Below, one piece after another: positions 49,352 to 57,808 of a DNA stretch of 64,000 nt. Origin of the DNA: an uncultured Myxococcales bacterium (GTDB lineage Bacteria; Myxococcota_A; Bradymonadia; UBA4248); contig CAYVQF010000001.1 of the NCBI GenBank assembly GCA_964454015.1, positions 192,053 through 256,052 on the forward strand, read 5' to 3'. The position numbers and the translations under genes were made by a program. The notes below the pieces were generated by a model. That model was not told the origin of the DNA, did not search any database, and worked only from the letters and a program-made list of their open reading frames with translations. Within the stretch, counting starts at the first letter, position 1, and each line of letters starts with the position of its first letter.

Positions 49352-50995
49352 ATGATCATAGAACTCTCGCTACAGGTCGATGCACATCCAGCCAAGGAGT
49401 ACGAGTTTCACAGCCAAGAGATTGTGATCGGTGAGAACCCTTTCAACGATCTGGTGTTACAGAACTATGGTCTGGCGGCCAAGCACGGCTGTTTTCGCGT
49501 GGCGTCTACGGGGTTGGAGTATGAGGATCTGGGGGGGCGTTTGGCGTCCGTGGTGGTGTCGAACTCTCAACGACAGATCGTCAGCGGGCGTCGTGCGCGC
49601 GTGGTTGTAGGCGATAGCGTGGTTCTGGGCGAGCACGGCAACGTTCGTCTGACAGTGTTGGGATGGCGAAGGTTGAGCCAAGAGTCGGGCGAAGCGATCC
49701 ATTTTCTTGAAGATGTGTCTCCGCATGAACTGTTGGCGCTGTTGCCCGTTGCCTTGCAGCGGGACGGGGTCGACTTTCTTGCGACGCTTGCGCAGGCGCC
49801 GACCTTGCAGGATTTGAGCACGGGTCTGCAGCGTCTGGTGGCCATGCTTCTGCCTGACGCGACGGTCTTTTTGGTGCTGCCACAGGGCGACGAATCGTTC
49901 CACGACAAGATTTTCGTATGCAACGCGAGTGATTGTGCATGTGAGTCTCTACCGCCCGACGCGGCTGAGTTCTTGGCGCCGTTACAGACAGGGAAGGGCT
50001 TCATCTTTGCGACAACCCTTGGTGGGAGTGAGCTTCGTCTGCCCTTCTATGTGCGGCCGACAGGGGAGGCAGCAGGGGCGTTGTTGGCCTATGTGCGCGT
50101 CGTGACGGGGACGATGCCCGATGCGGAACAACTGCGTGGGATTACGGTGCTCATGCAGTGGTTGCAGCCGGCGGTGCTTTCCTACTTGAAAACGGAAGCG
50201 CTGCGGTCGGATTACGCCCAGTTGATGGCGGAGAATCGTTACTTTCGTTCCAAGGCTCGCCGCCACTATTTGCTCAAGGAGCTGGTCGCGGTGTCGCCAG
50301 CGATGCAGGCGCTGCACCGAACGATTGGCGCCTATAAGGATCGGACGGATCCCTTGCTCATTCTCGGGGAGGCGGGTTGCGGGAAGATGTTGGTGGCGCG
50401 GGCTATCCATCATCTTGGCGATCGTTCGGAGGGGCTTTTCGTGACCCTCCACTGTGCTGAGTTGCCCGAGGCAGATCTCGACGTGGAGATTTTTGGGGTG
50501 GCCCGCGAGTTCTCCTATCGCGGTGCTTTTGAGATAGCTTGTGGTGGCACGCTTTGTTTGGACGAGATCGACCGACTTCCTCTGTCATTGCAGGCGAAGC
50601 TGGCGCGCGCCTTGCGGGAGTTGGAGGTGCGTCGGGTTGGTGAGGAGGTGGGGCGTCCGGTGGATGTGCGGGTGATTGCGGCGACGCACCGAGATCTGGC
50701 GGAGTTGGTGCGTGAGGGGCGTTTTAGGCGGGATCTGCTCTCGCTGTTGCTGCCCGTGTTGGTCCCGCCATTGCGGGAGAGACGTGAAGATTTGCTTCCC
50801 ATGGGTGAGCATTTCATTCACAAGTACAATCGGCGATATGGGCTCGAGGTGAGTGGTCTCACGGATGGCGCGCGGCAGCGTTTGTTGTCGCACGGATGGC
50901 GGGGGAACGTGCGCGAGTTTCAGATTGTGGTGGAGACTGCGGTGTTGAAGGCGCAGCAGGGGCTCATTGAGGCGTACCATTTGGATTTGGCTTGA
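49352..50995 (+). CDS. FHA domain / GAF-like / sigma-54-type AAA+ protein lacking GAFTGA loop and DNA-binding HTH
   Basis: N-terminal FHA-like ~100 aa. AAA+ core with Walker A GEAGCGK, Walker B LCLDEID and RVIAATHRDL...GRFRRDL. The position of GAFTGA reads EIFGVAREFSYRGAFE. The protein ends right after the AAA+ lid. Confidence 0.85.
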   Translation: MIIELSLQVDAHPAKEYEFHSQEIVIGENPFNDLVLQNYGLAAKHGCFRVASTGLEYEDLGGRLASVVVSNSQRQIVSGRRARVVVGDSVVLGEHGNVRLTVLGWRRLSQESGEAIHFLEDVSPHELLALLPVALQRDGVDFLATLAQAPTLQDLSTGLQRLVAMLLPDATVFLVLPQGDESFHDKIFVCNASDCACESLPPDAAEFLAPLQTGKGFIFATTLGGSELRLPFYVRPTGEAAGALLAYVRVVTGTMPDAEQLRGITVLMQWLQPAVLSYLKTEALRSDYAQLMAENRYFRSKARRHYLLKELVAVSPAMQALHRTIGAYKDRTDPLLILGEAGCGKMLVARAIHHLGDRSEGLFVTLHCAELPEADLDVEIFGVAREFSYRGAFEIACGGTLCLDEIDRLPLSLQAKLARALRELEVRRVGEEVGRPVDVRVIAATHRDLAELVREGRFRRDLLSLLLPVLVPPLRERREDLLPMGEHFIHKYNRRYGLEVSGLTDGARQRLLSHGWRGNVREFQIVVETAVLKAQQGLIEAYHLDLA

Positions 50996-51003
50996 GTTAT
51001 TTT

Positions 51004-51933
51004 ATGCAGCAGTGCCCCCGTGACCATCTTCCTCTGGAGCGAATTGCCCTCGATCACGTTTTGGTGCCCCATCGTCCGGTGTGGCAGTGTGCGGGTTGTG
51101 GCGGTGCGTTTCTGGAGCGCCTGATTCAAGTGGAGCTTCTCGGTGCGAATTTTCGAGTGGACTCGCTCGGGACTACGCCATTGCGTTGTCCGCAATGTGG
51201 GGAAGGCTTGCTCTTGAGCAAGAGAGACGCCATGCACCTGCATGCGTGTCAGCGATGTGAGGGTTTGTGGTTTGACAGCCACCAGCTCGGCTTTGCTTTG
51301 GCGAAGGCTCCGCAACACTTCTGCTGCAGTGACTGCGGGGAGCTGGCGGAGCTTGCCAGTGCCCAGGAGGGGGAGCTTGGGCCCCTGTGTACCAAGTGCG
51401 CCGCGCCGCACGGCTTCGACAAGATACAGAATGAGCTGGCGTTGACCTATCGCGGCAGCGCGGTCAAGGTGGAGCATCGCATGGTGGGGACCTACTTGGG
51501 GCGCGTGGTAGCGACGCCGCCCCTGCCCGGTCCCATGGAGGTGAGCTTCTTCACCCTGAAATGGTGGCAGCGTTTGTTGCGCTTTGGGCGGCGGCGCTAC
51601 AAGCTGGGTAAGCCCCTTCAGCGTCGTGTGGACGTGCGTCTGGAGGAGCGCCATGAGGCGCAGTTGGAGCGCTTCATGTGTCAGCGTGGGGCGCGTGCCT
51701 TGTTGTCGTCGCTGCTTTCTCTGGGGCGATTCAGCTTGCGTCTCGAGGCGCATTCCTTCGCGCTGGAGCTGCGTTCTTCAGAGACGACGGGGCAACAGCG
51801 GTTGCTTTTCGAGCAATCAGCGCGCCGCCTTCTTGCCGTCTACCATCGCTTTTTGGAGGTGGATGCCATTGTGCGGCGTCAGCAGGTCTTGGCGTTGGCG
51901 AGCGCTGAGCAGGAGCAGCGGCAAGCCTCATAG
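51004..51933 (+). CDS. zinc-ribbon (zf-TFIIB-like) domain protein, function unknown
   Basis: Repeated CxxC pairs (CPRDH...CAGCGG; CPQCGEG...CQRCEGLWFD; CSDCG...CTKC). The start could be TTG 50992, overlapping the upstream stop. Confidence 0.55.
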   Translation: MQQCPRDHLPLERIALDHVLVPHRPVWQCAGCGGAFLERLIQVELLGANFRVDSLGTTPLRCPQCGEGLLLSKRDAMHLHACQRCEGLWFDSHQLGFALAKAPQHFCCSDCGELAELASAQEGELGPLCTKCAAPHGFDKIQNELALTYRGSAVKVEHRMVGTYLGRVVATPPLPGPMEVSFFTLKWWQRLLRFGRRRYKLGKPLQRRVDVRLEERHEAQLERFMCQRGARALLSSLLSLGRFSLRLEAHSFALELRSSETTGQQRLLFEQSARRLLAVYHRFLEVDAIVRRQQVLALASAEQEQRQAS

Positions 51934-52665
51934 GCTTTCTTGAGTCGGGAGGCGGTCGAAGAGGTGATCGTCGAGGGCGGCGATCGGGGCGATCGCCTCA
52001 TGGATACGTCCCGCATGGATGAGCGCGAAGTGGGTGCAGGCCGCGCGGGCGAAGGTCAGGCTATGGGTGGCCATGATCATGGTCGCGGGGCACTTGCTCA
52101 AGATGGCGGCGAGTTTTTGTCGTCCTGGCGGATCGAGGCCACCCGATGGCTCGTCGAGCAGGAGCAGCCGGGGTTGGGTGGCGAGGATGGCGGCCAGAGC
52201 CACTCGGGTGCGCTGGCCGTGGGAGAGGTGGTAAGGGTTGTGTTCTGCCAAGGCCTGGACACCGAGCGCCTCAAGGCTGGCTAGGGCGGCCGTCTGGGCG
52301 GCGCTTCGTTCCCATCCCTGTTGCCTGAGGCCATAGGTGACGTCGTCAATGACCTTGGGGAAGAGCAGTTGATTTTCTGGGACGGCAAAGAGAAAGCCCG
52401 TGCGTTGCCGAATGGTGCGGAGATGAGCTGGGCCCAGGGCGAGGTCGTCGACCCAGACCTCCCCTTGGTATTTGACGAGGCCGACGGGCACCTGGAGGAG
52501 GGTGGTTTTTCCAGAGCCGTTGAGACCCAGGAGAGCCAAGCGGGTACCGGCAGGGATGCTGAGATCGACGTCGTCGAGCGCAGGCGGGTGCGCAGTGTCG
52601 TAGCGCACGGTGACACCGCGGAGGGTGAGGGCGGGGTGCTCGTTGTGAGTGGGGTGCGCGGGCAT
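51928..52665 (-). CDS. ECF/CbiO-type ABC transporter ATP-binding protein
   Basis: Walker A GLNGSGKTTL, signature LSHGQRTRV, Walker B LLLLDEPSGGLD. Confidence 0.9.
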   Translation of the reverse strand: MPAHPTHNEHPALTLRGVTVRYDTAHPPALDDVDLSIPAGTRLALLGLNGSGKTTLLQVPVGLVKYQGEVWVDDLALGPAHLRTIRQRTGFLFAVPENQLLFPKVIDDVTYGLRQQGWERSAAQTAALASLEALGVQALAEHNPYHLSHGQRTRVALAAILATQPRLLLLDEPSGGLDPPGRQKLAAILSKCPATMIMATHSLTFARAACTHFALIHAGRIHEAIAPIAALDDHLFDRLPTQESL

Positions 52666-52690
52666 GGGCAGCGGTGGGTACAGGACGGGG

Positions 52691-53455
52691 TTAGAGAAAG
52701 CGCAGCCCGCTGGCGATGAGGAGTGTGGCGCCAGCGGCGGCCAAGAGGAGCTTGTCGCGTCGGTTGAGGTGGGTTGGGGCGTCGTCGAGGAGCTCGCCTT
52801 GGTAGCCGCGCAGGGTCATGGCGAGGGCGACCTGGTCAGCGCGTCGGAGCACGCGGCTGAGCCACAGGGTGGGCCAAGCGCGGAGCAATTGCCAGCGTTG
52901 GGAGAGGCCTCGGCGGCAGGTACGCAGGGCATAGGCCTTGGCCATCGTGCGAGTTTCTCGGTGCAGGGTGCCGGTCCAGCGCAGGCTCTGCTGGGCCATG
53001 AGAATGAAGAGGCGTGGCAGGGGCAAGGTCCTGAGGGCGGCGCTGAGCTCTGCCTCTGTGGTGGTCTGCATCAGCCCCCAGGCCAGCAAGAGGGTGCTGA
53101 TGCCTCGGAAGGCGACGGCATAGGGCGCGTGCCAGGCATCGACGCGAAGGGTGATCCCGAGGTACTGGGTGCTTTCGGTGGCCTGACCCGTCCATGGCAA
53201 GAAGAAAAAAACGGGCAAAAAGAGCAGCAGCCCCAAGAGCAGCGGTTGGCGCAGGTTGGGCCCGCGAAGCTGGGCTCCCCACAGCCACAGCGCCACCAAG
53301 GCGCCACCACCGCCACTGCCCCAGAGCTTGGTGACGGGCAAGACCATGATCGTGATGAGGATGAAGAGCCACAACCACAGGCGCGTCTGGGGCTGCAGGG
53401 ACGCGAAGAAGGGTGTTGGGCCCAGCGCAGGCAGAGAGCGATCAGGGCTCAGCAT
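52691..53455 (-). CDS. ECF transporter transmembrane (T, CbiQ/EcfT-like) component
   Basis: Polytopic membrane protein with C-terminal CbiQ-type motifs (ETRTMAKAYALR...RADQVALAMTLRGYQG). Confidence 0.8.
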   Translation of the reverse strand: MLSPDRSLPALGPTPFFASLQPQTRLWLWLFILITIMVLPVTKLWGSGGGGALVALWLWGAQLRGPNLRQPLLLGLLLFLPVFFFLPWTGQATESTQYLGITLRVDAWHAPYAVAFRGISTLLLAWGLMQTTTEAELSAALRTLPLPRLFILMAQQSLRWTGTLHRETRTMAKAYALRTCRRGLSQRWQLLRAWPTLWLSRVLRRADQVALAMTLRGYQGELLDDAPTHLNRRDKLLLAAAGATLLIASGLRFL

Positions 53456-53468
53456 GGCGCAGCTCGCC

Positions 53469-54077
53469 TCAGGGTGATGGGCCCTTGGATGCTTCGATCC
53501 AGTAGCGCTCGTCGTTGTCGACGAGATCCACGATGTTGAAGCCTGCCTTTTCGAGGCGAGTGGCCAATGTCGTCGCGGCTTCGAGGAGATCTTGGGCGAT
53601 CACGCCGCCGACGCGGGTGTGGACTTGGTTGATGAAGTCGCGCGAGGCGGTGTGCCAGATATAGAGACGGCCTTGGTTCTTCAGGGCCCGCCAGAGGTGG
53701 TGCGCCGCTTGGTCGGGATGAGGGAGGTGGGGCCAAACGGAGTAACAGAAGGCGCGGTCGAAGGAGGCGGGGGCAATGTGCAGGTCCTGGACATCGCCGA
53801 CGCGTGGGCAAAGGCGCGGTTCGTGGGTGAACTTTTGCTGCAGGGCTTCGAGCATGGCTGGCGAGAAGTCGAGGGCAGTGACGCTGCCGTCGGCGCCCAA
53901 CGCATCGAGGAGGACGCTGGTGAGCACGCCTGTGCCGCAACCCACATCGAGTAAGCGCTCGTCGGGGCGGAGGGCGAGCTTGGCGACGGTCTGCTGCAAC
54001 GTCGCGATGACCTTGTCCGGCTGGTGCATGGTGTCCCATGCGGGGGCCTTGGTGTTGAAAAACTCAAGCCGATTCAT
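53469..54077 (-). CDS. class I SAM-dependent methyltransferase
   Basis: Motif I LLDVGCGTGVLT, then ALDFSPAML and a Methyltransf_11-like core. Start MNRLEFF overlaps the upstream S-component stop by 4 nt. Confidence 0.85.
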   Translation of the reverse strand: MNRLEFFNTKAPAWDTMHQPDKVIATLQQTVAKLALRPDERLLDVGCGTGVLTSVLLDALGADGSVTALDFSPAMLEALQQKFTHEPRLCPRVGDVQDLHIAPASFDRAFCYSVWPHLPHPDQAAHHLWRALKNQGRLYIWHTASRDFINQVHTRVGGVIAQDLLEAATTLATRLEKAGFNIVDLVDNDERYWIEASKGPSP

Positions 54078-54688
54078 GGTGATGGCCTCACTTCGTGGGT
54101 GCCCGTGTCGGACATGGGAGTGGTGGTATTGCTGCGCACGACGCGGATGATCGCTGGGATGACGACGAGCATGAGGAGGACGCCCGGCAAGCCCCGCATG
54201 ACAGATGCGAAGGAGAGGAAGGCAGCCGGCAGCTCGAGGACGAGCCCCATGGCATAGCCGAGCCCAACTTGGGCCAGGCGCCCGAAGAGGAGCACAGGTA
54301 ATAGCACAGGGAGGACGCGTCGCGGCCATCTGCGGTAGAGTAGGCCTGCACAAGTCGCCATGAGTCCGAGTTCGATGGCCATGGCGATGGCGATGGGGGG
54401 GAAGAATGGCGGCATCCCTGTCAACAGCGCCGAGAGCAGCGGCAGGGTGCAGGCCAGGCTGGCCGCCACGCGCCAGTGCACCAAGAAGGGGCCGAGCATG
54501 AGCGGCAAGTACATAGGCATGAAGATCGTGCCGAGGTGGAGGAGGTGAAAGAGAAAGGGGAGGGTGAGGGCCGCCGCGCCGAGGAGGCCGCCCAGGGCGT
54601 AGTCTTTGGTGCTGAGTGTCGTGGTTCCCATGACTTGCCGGTTGGGAAGGGTGTCGGTGTGAGGGTCCGCTGCACTGAGAGTGGCCAT
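54074..54688 (-). CDS. ECF transporter substrate-capture (S) component-like membrane protein, specificity unknown
   Basis: Small hydrophobic protein with about 6 TM helices. FMPMYLPLMLGPFLV...LPLLSALLTGMPPF resembles the ECF_trnsprt family pattern. The start is uncertain (54688 or 54631). Confidence 0.65.
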   Translation of the reverse strand: MATLSAADPHTDTLPNRQVMGTTTLSTKDYALGGLLGAAALTLPFLFHLLHLGTIFMPMYLPLMLGPFLVHWRVAASLACTLPLLSALLTGMPPFFPPIAIAMAIELGLMATCAGLLYRRWPRRVLPVLLPVLLFGRLAQVGLGYAMGLVLELPAAFLSFASVMRGLPGVLLMLVVIPAIIRVVRSNTTTPMSDTGTHEVRPSP

Positions 54689-54828
54689 CGCACAAAGGGG
54701 GCGTAGTGTCAACACGAGGTCTGCGCTAGGGTAGCGCGGGCAGCGGCGCTGGACTGCGTGGGTGGCTGCCAGTGCGAGGGCGTGCTCGGCCACGGTGGGA
54801 GGGTTGGGCGCTGTGGCAAGGATGGCGC

Positions 54829-55788
54829 ATGGTTTGGTGTCTGAGTTGTGGGCAGGGGCGGCCGGACGCGGTGCGATGTAGCGACTGCGGCGGGTCGCTG
54901 TTGCTGGCGGGGCGCTACACCTTGTTGGCGCCGTTGAGCGCCGGGAGCAACAGCTACGTGGCGCGCTGTGGCGAAGGCAAGCGTTGGGTTTTGCACCTGT
55001 GGCCTATGGTGGGAGCGGACGCTACGGTTGTGGCGGCTTTGAGCGAGCGGTGTCTTCATCTCGTGCATCCTGGCATTGCGCCGTTTCGCGAGACCTTCGA
55101 GGACGTGGATCAGGGCTGGCGCGGCCTGGTCCAGGTGGATGGGGTGGGCTGGGACTTGGGAGCGTTGCGGCGTCAGCGCCCTTGGCGTGAAGAAGAGGTC
55201 CTGGCGTTGGCGGGCAAGATCTTAGACATCCTCTATTATTTACACACTTTGACGCCTCCCATGGGTGTGGGTGTTTTGGCGCTGGCGCAGATCATCGTGA
55301 ATGAAGCGGGTCAGGTCCAATGGCGCGGCTTGCCCTGTGAAGCGAGGGAGGATGAATCTCAGTCCAGTGAGCCAAGGGAGACCCGCTCTTTGGCGGAGCT
55401 TCTGTTGACGTTGCTCACGCCGCGGGGGCCTGGTGTCGTGGGTGACGCTGCTGAGGAGCTGCCTTCTCGTGATCTCGTGCTGCTGGGCTTGCCACGCGCG
55501 CAGCGTGTGGTCGCCTGGTTGCGTCAGGGGAGGGGATGGTTGGAGCGCGATTCGGCACGGGACTTTGAGTCGATGGCCGGTTGCCCGGGCACCTTGGCGG
55601 CGGTGTGGGCGTTGGCGGCGGCCTCCGAGGGCAGCGTCCCAGCGGCGCAGGTCTCTGCTGGGGAGCTCACCGTTGGTCCGCGCTTGTCGGCGTCGGTCGG
55701 GATGGAGGCGGGGCAACGGCGGCTGGCGGAGCGAGTGTTGTTGGCGGTGATCGTGGTGGTGGTTCTGTATGTATTGCTGTGGTTATGA
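54829..55788 (+). CDS. zinc-ribbon / pseudokinase-like, C-terminally membrane-anchored protein
   Basis: N-terminal CLSCG...CSDCG. A kinase-fold-like middle lacks VAIK, HRD and DFG (LDILYYLHTLTPPMGVGVLALAQIIVNEAG). C-terminal TM VLLAVIVVVVLYVLLWL. Confidence 0.5.
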   Translation: MVWCLSCGQGRPDAVRCSDCGGSLLLAGRYTLLAPLSAGSNSYVARCGEGKRWVLHLWPMVGADATVVAALSERCLHLVHPGIAPFRETFEDVDQGWRGLVQVDGVGWDLGALRRQRPWREEEVLALAGKILDILYYLHTLTPPMGVGVLALAQIIVNEAGQVQWRGLPCEAREDESQSSEPRETRSLAELLLTLLTPRGPGVVGDAAEELPSRDLVLLGLPRAQRVVAWLRQGRGWLERDSARDFESMAGCPGTLAAVWALAAASEGSVPAAQVSAGELTVGPRLSASVGMEAGQRRLAERVLLAVIVVVVLYVLLWL

Positions 55789-57549
55789 GGAGCGGCCATG
55801 GTCGGTGCGCTGGCGCCAGAGCGCGAAGAGGGCGCCGAGCAGGAGGAGCCAAGGCAAAGTTTGGACCGGAAGGGGGGCCTGGCGCTGGAGGCGGCAGCCA
55901 CAAGGCTGGGCTAGGGGTGCATGAGGCTCGACGGGGTGTTCCAGGTCACTCGCCTCGATTTCCTCGGCGGGTTGGCTCGTATCGCCTTCACTGGGCTCGA
56001 GGTCCTCGGCGTCTTCTTCTGTGGTTGAATCTTGGCATCTGCCTTCGGCACAGGGCGCGTGGGCAGGGCAAGGGCGGAAGCATTGGCCACAGTGGAGTGG
56101 GTGTTGCTCGAGGTCGACGCAGGCGCCGTCACAGGCGGTCAGTTCTTCGGTGCAAGTCTCATCACAGAGCCCATTTTGACAGACCTCGGCATCAGCGCAG
56201 GCTTGGTTGCAGGCACCGCAATGGCTGGGATCGCTCAGGGTGTCGACGCAGGTGTGCTCCTCGCACTGGGTCAAGTGGTTAGGGCACTGGCAAGTGCCCT
56301 CCACGCAGAGTTGGGGGGGCTGACAGTGTCCACATTCGCCTCCGCAGCCATCGTCGCCACAGGCGCCATCAGGGCAGCTAGGGGTGCAGCAGGCATCGTT
56401 GGTGCAGACCTGGGCCTCGGCACAGCACGCTTCGCCGCAGGTGGCGAAGGGGCAGCCACATTGTCCTTGGCGACAGACCTTTTCGTCGGGGCAGGTGCCG
56501 CAGCTACCGCCACAGCCGTCGTCACCGCATTCGAGGTCGTGACATGTCGGGGTACAATTGCAGTTATCTCCTGCAGGTGGCCGCTGTAGGCTCCAGTCTT
56601 CGGGGCAGTTGATGCCAAAGGAGCCCGTCGTGGGGTGGTGAACGGGGAGGCCGTTGGCGTCGGCGAAGATGAAATAGTAGCGCACGCATTGAGTGGAGAC
56701 GGTGTTCTCGCGACGGAAGGTGCCGTTGGTGAGGGAGCCGCGATGGAGGGCGAGTGGTTGGCAGGTGCCATCGAGGTTGACCATGGCGGCGCTGGGTCCG
56801 GCGCTGTCCATCCAGTTGACCAAAAACTCCACGTCGGGTCCGTGTTCGGGGTAGTGGGCGCCACCGAGGATTTTTTGATCGCGATTCTGGCTGCCGAAAT
56901 CTTGAACGGTGAAGCCGCCATAGCCGCCGACACCGAGGCGTTTGTAGTTGGGGCTGAGGATAGACCAGCGATGGCCGTTCTGGGTGCTCCATGCGCATTC
57001 CGTGCTGGGACTGTTTTCCCAGAGCCATGCTTGGAACACCGTTTTGGGGTCGCCGAGCCAGGCAATGTTCTCGGCGCGGTATCCACCACTGATGCCAAAA
57101 AGGGCGAAGCGCTCCCAGGTCGTCGAGCCGTCGCTGCAGGAGGCGTTGCCACCTTGGCAGGCGCAGTCGGCGCTGCCATTGCATTCGTCGGGGTAAAGGG
57201 CGGCGATGTTGGCGACGAGCTGGCATGGAGAGTCATGGCGCATGGAGCAACCCGTGAGGGTGAGGTTGGCGGCATGAAAGCGGGCCAGGCGGGCGAGATC
57301 GTAGTCCCATTGGAGTGGTTCGAGGGGGGCGCTGTGGCATGCTTTCTCACCGCAGCGGGTGACATCGCAGTCGGCAAGGGCCGCCACGGGATCGGCGCGG
57401 GCTTCGTTGGTCAAGACGAGGATGATGCGCTCGTACCAGGTTGGGAAGGTGGCCTGGACTTCGCCGTACGCCCAGGCCTGTGCTGGGATGGCGAGCAGCG
57501 TGAGGGCGAGGATGAGAGGCTTGGCGGCGTTGGTGAAGCAGCCCGTCAT
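55783..57549 (-). CDS. secreted CAP/SCP (PR-1-like) domain protein with Cys-rich repeats and MYXO-CTERM-like sorting tail
   Basis: Signal peptide LILALTLLAIPAQAWA. CAP-like motifs (LTNEARADP...LQWDYDLARLARFHAANL...GHRWSILSPNYKRLGVG). Repeated CGDDGCGG.CG.C modules. C-terminal GC...LPWLLLLGALFALWRQR. Confidence 0.8.
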   Translation of the reverse strand: MTGCFTNAAKPLILALTLLAIPAQAWAYGEVQATFPTWYERIILVLTNEARADPVAALADCDVTRCGEKACHSAPLEPLQWDYDLARLARFHAANLTLTGCSMRHDSPCQLVANIAALYPDECNGSADCACQGGNASCSDGSTTWERFALFGISGGYRAENIAWLGDPKTVFQAWLWENSPSTECAWSTQNGHRWSILSPNYKRLGVGGYGGFTVQDFGSQNRDQKILGGAHYPEHGPDVEFLVNWMDSAGPSAAMVNLDGTCQPLALHRGSLTNGTFRRENTVSTQCVRYYFIFADANGLPVHHPTTGSFGINCPEDWSLQRPPAGDNCNCTPTCHDLECGDDGCGGSCGTCPDEKVCRQGQCGCPFATCGEACCAEAQVCTNDACCTPSCPDGACGDDGCGGECGHCQPPQLCVEGTCQCPNHLTQCEEHTCVDTLSDPSHCGACNQACADAEVCQNGLCDETCTEELTACDGACVDLEQHPLHCGQCFRPCPAHAPCAEGRCQDSTTEEDAEDLEPSEGDTSQPAEEIEASDLEHPVEPHAPLAQPCGCRLQRQAPLPVQTLPWLLLLGALFALWRQRTDHGRSS

Positions 57550-57808
57550 GGTGAGCTCCGTGTGGCAGACGTTGTGGGCCAATGGGTTATGTCGTGGCGG
57601 GAGGCAGCGCGGAGAGGTTGGGTACGCTGCACGATTGAGCGTCTTGGAATCGGCGTTGGAAATCAAGGCGCTCCACGTTAAGAGCGGCCTTGCATTTTCG
57701 TTCCTCAGGTCTGATGCTGGCAGCAGAATTTGACGTGGCGTACGCAGAACACAGTGGTGAAGGACCAGGCCTGGTGGCTTGGTGACGAAGTCTGAGGAAG
57801 GTTGGGTC

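Noticed and set aside
57550-57808. TGGCAG-containing sequences in the divergent region between the CAP-domain gene and the NtrC-type regulator as sigma-54 promoters
   Set aside because: Neither candidate has a GC at the correct -12 spacing from the GG.
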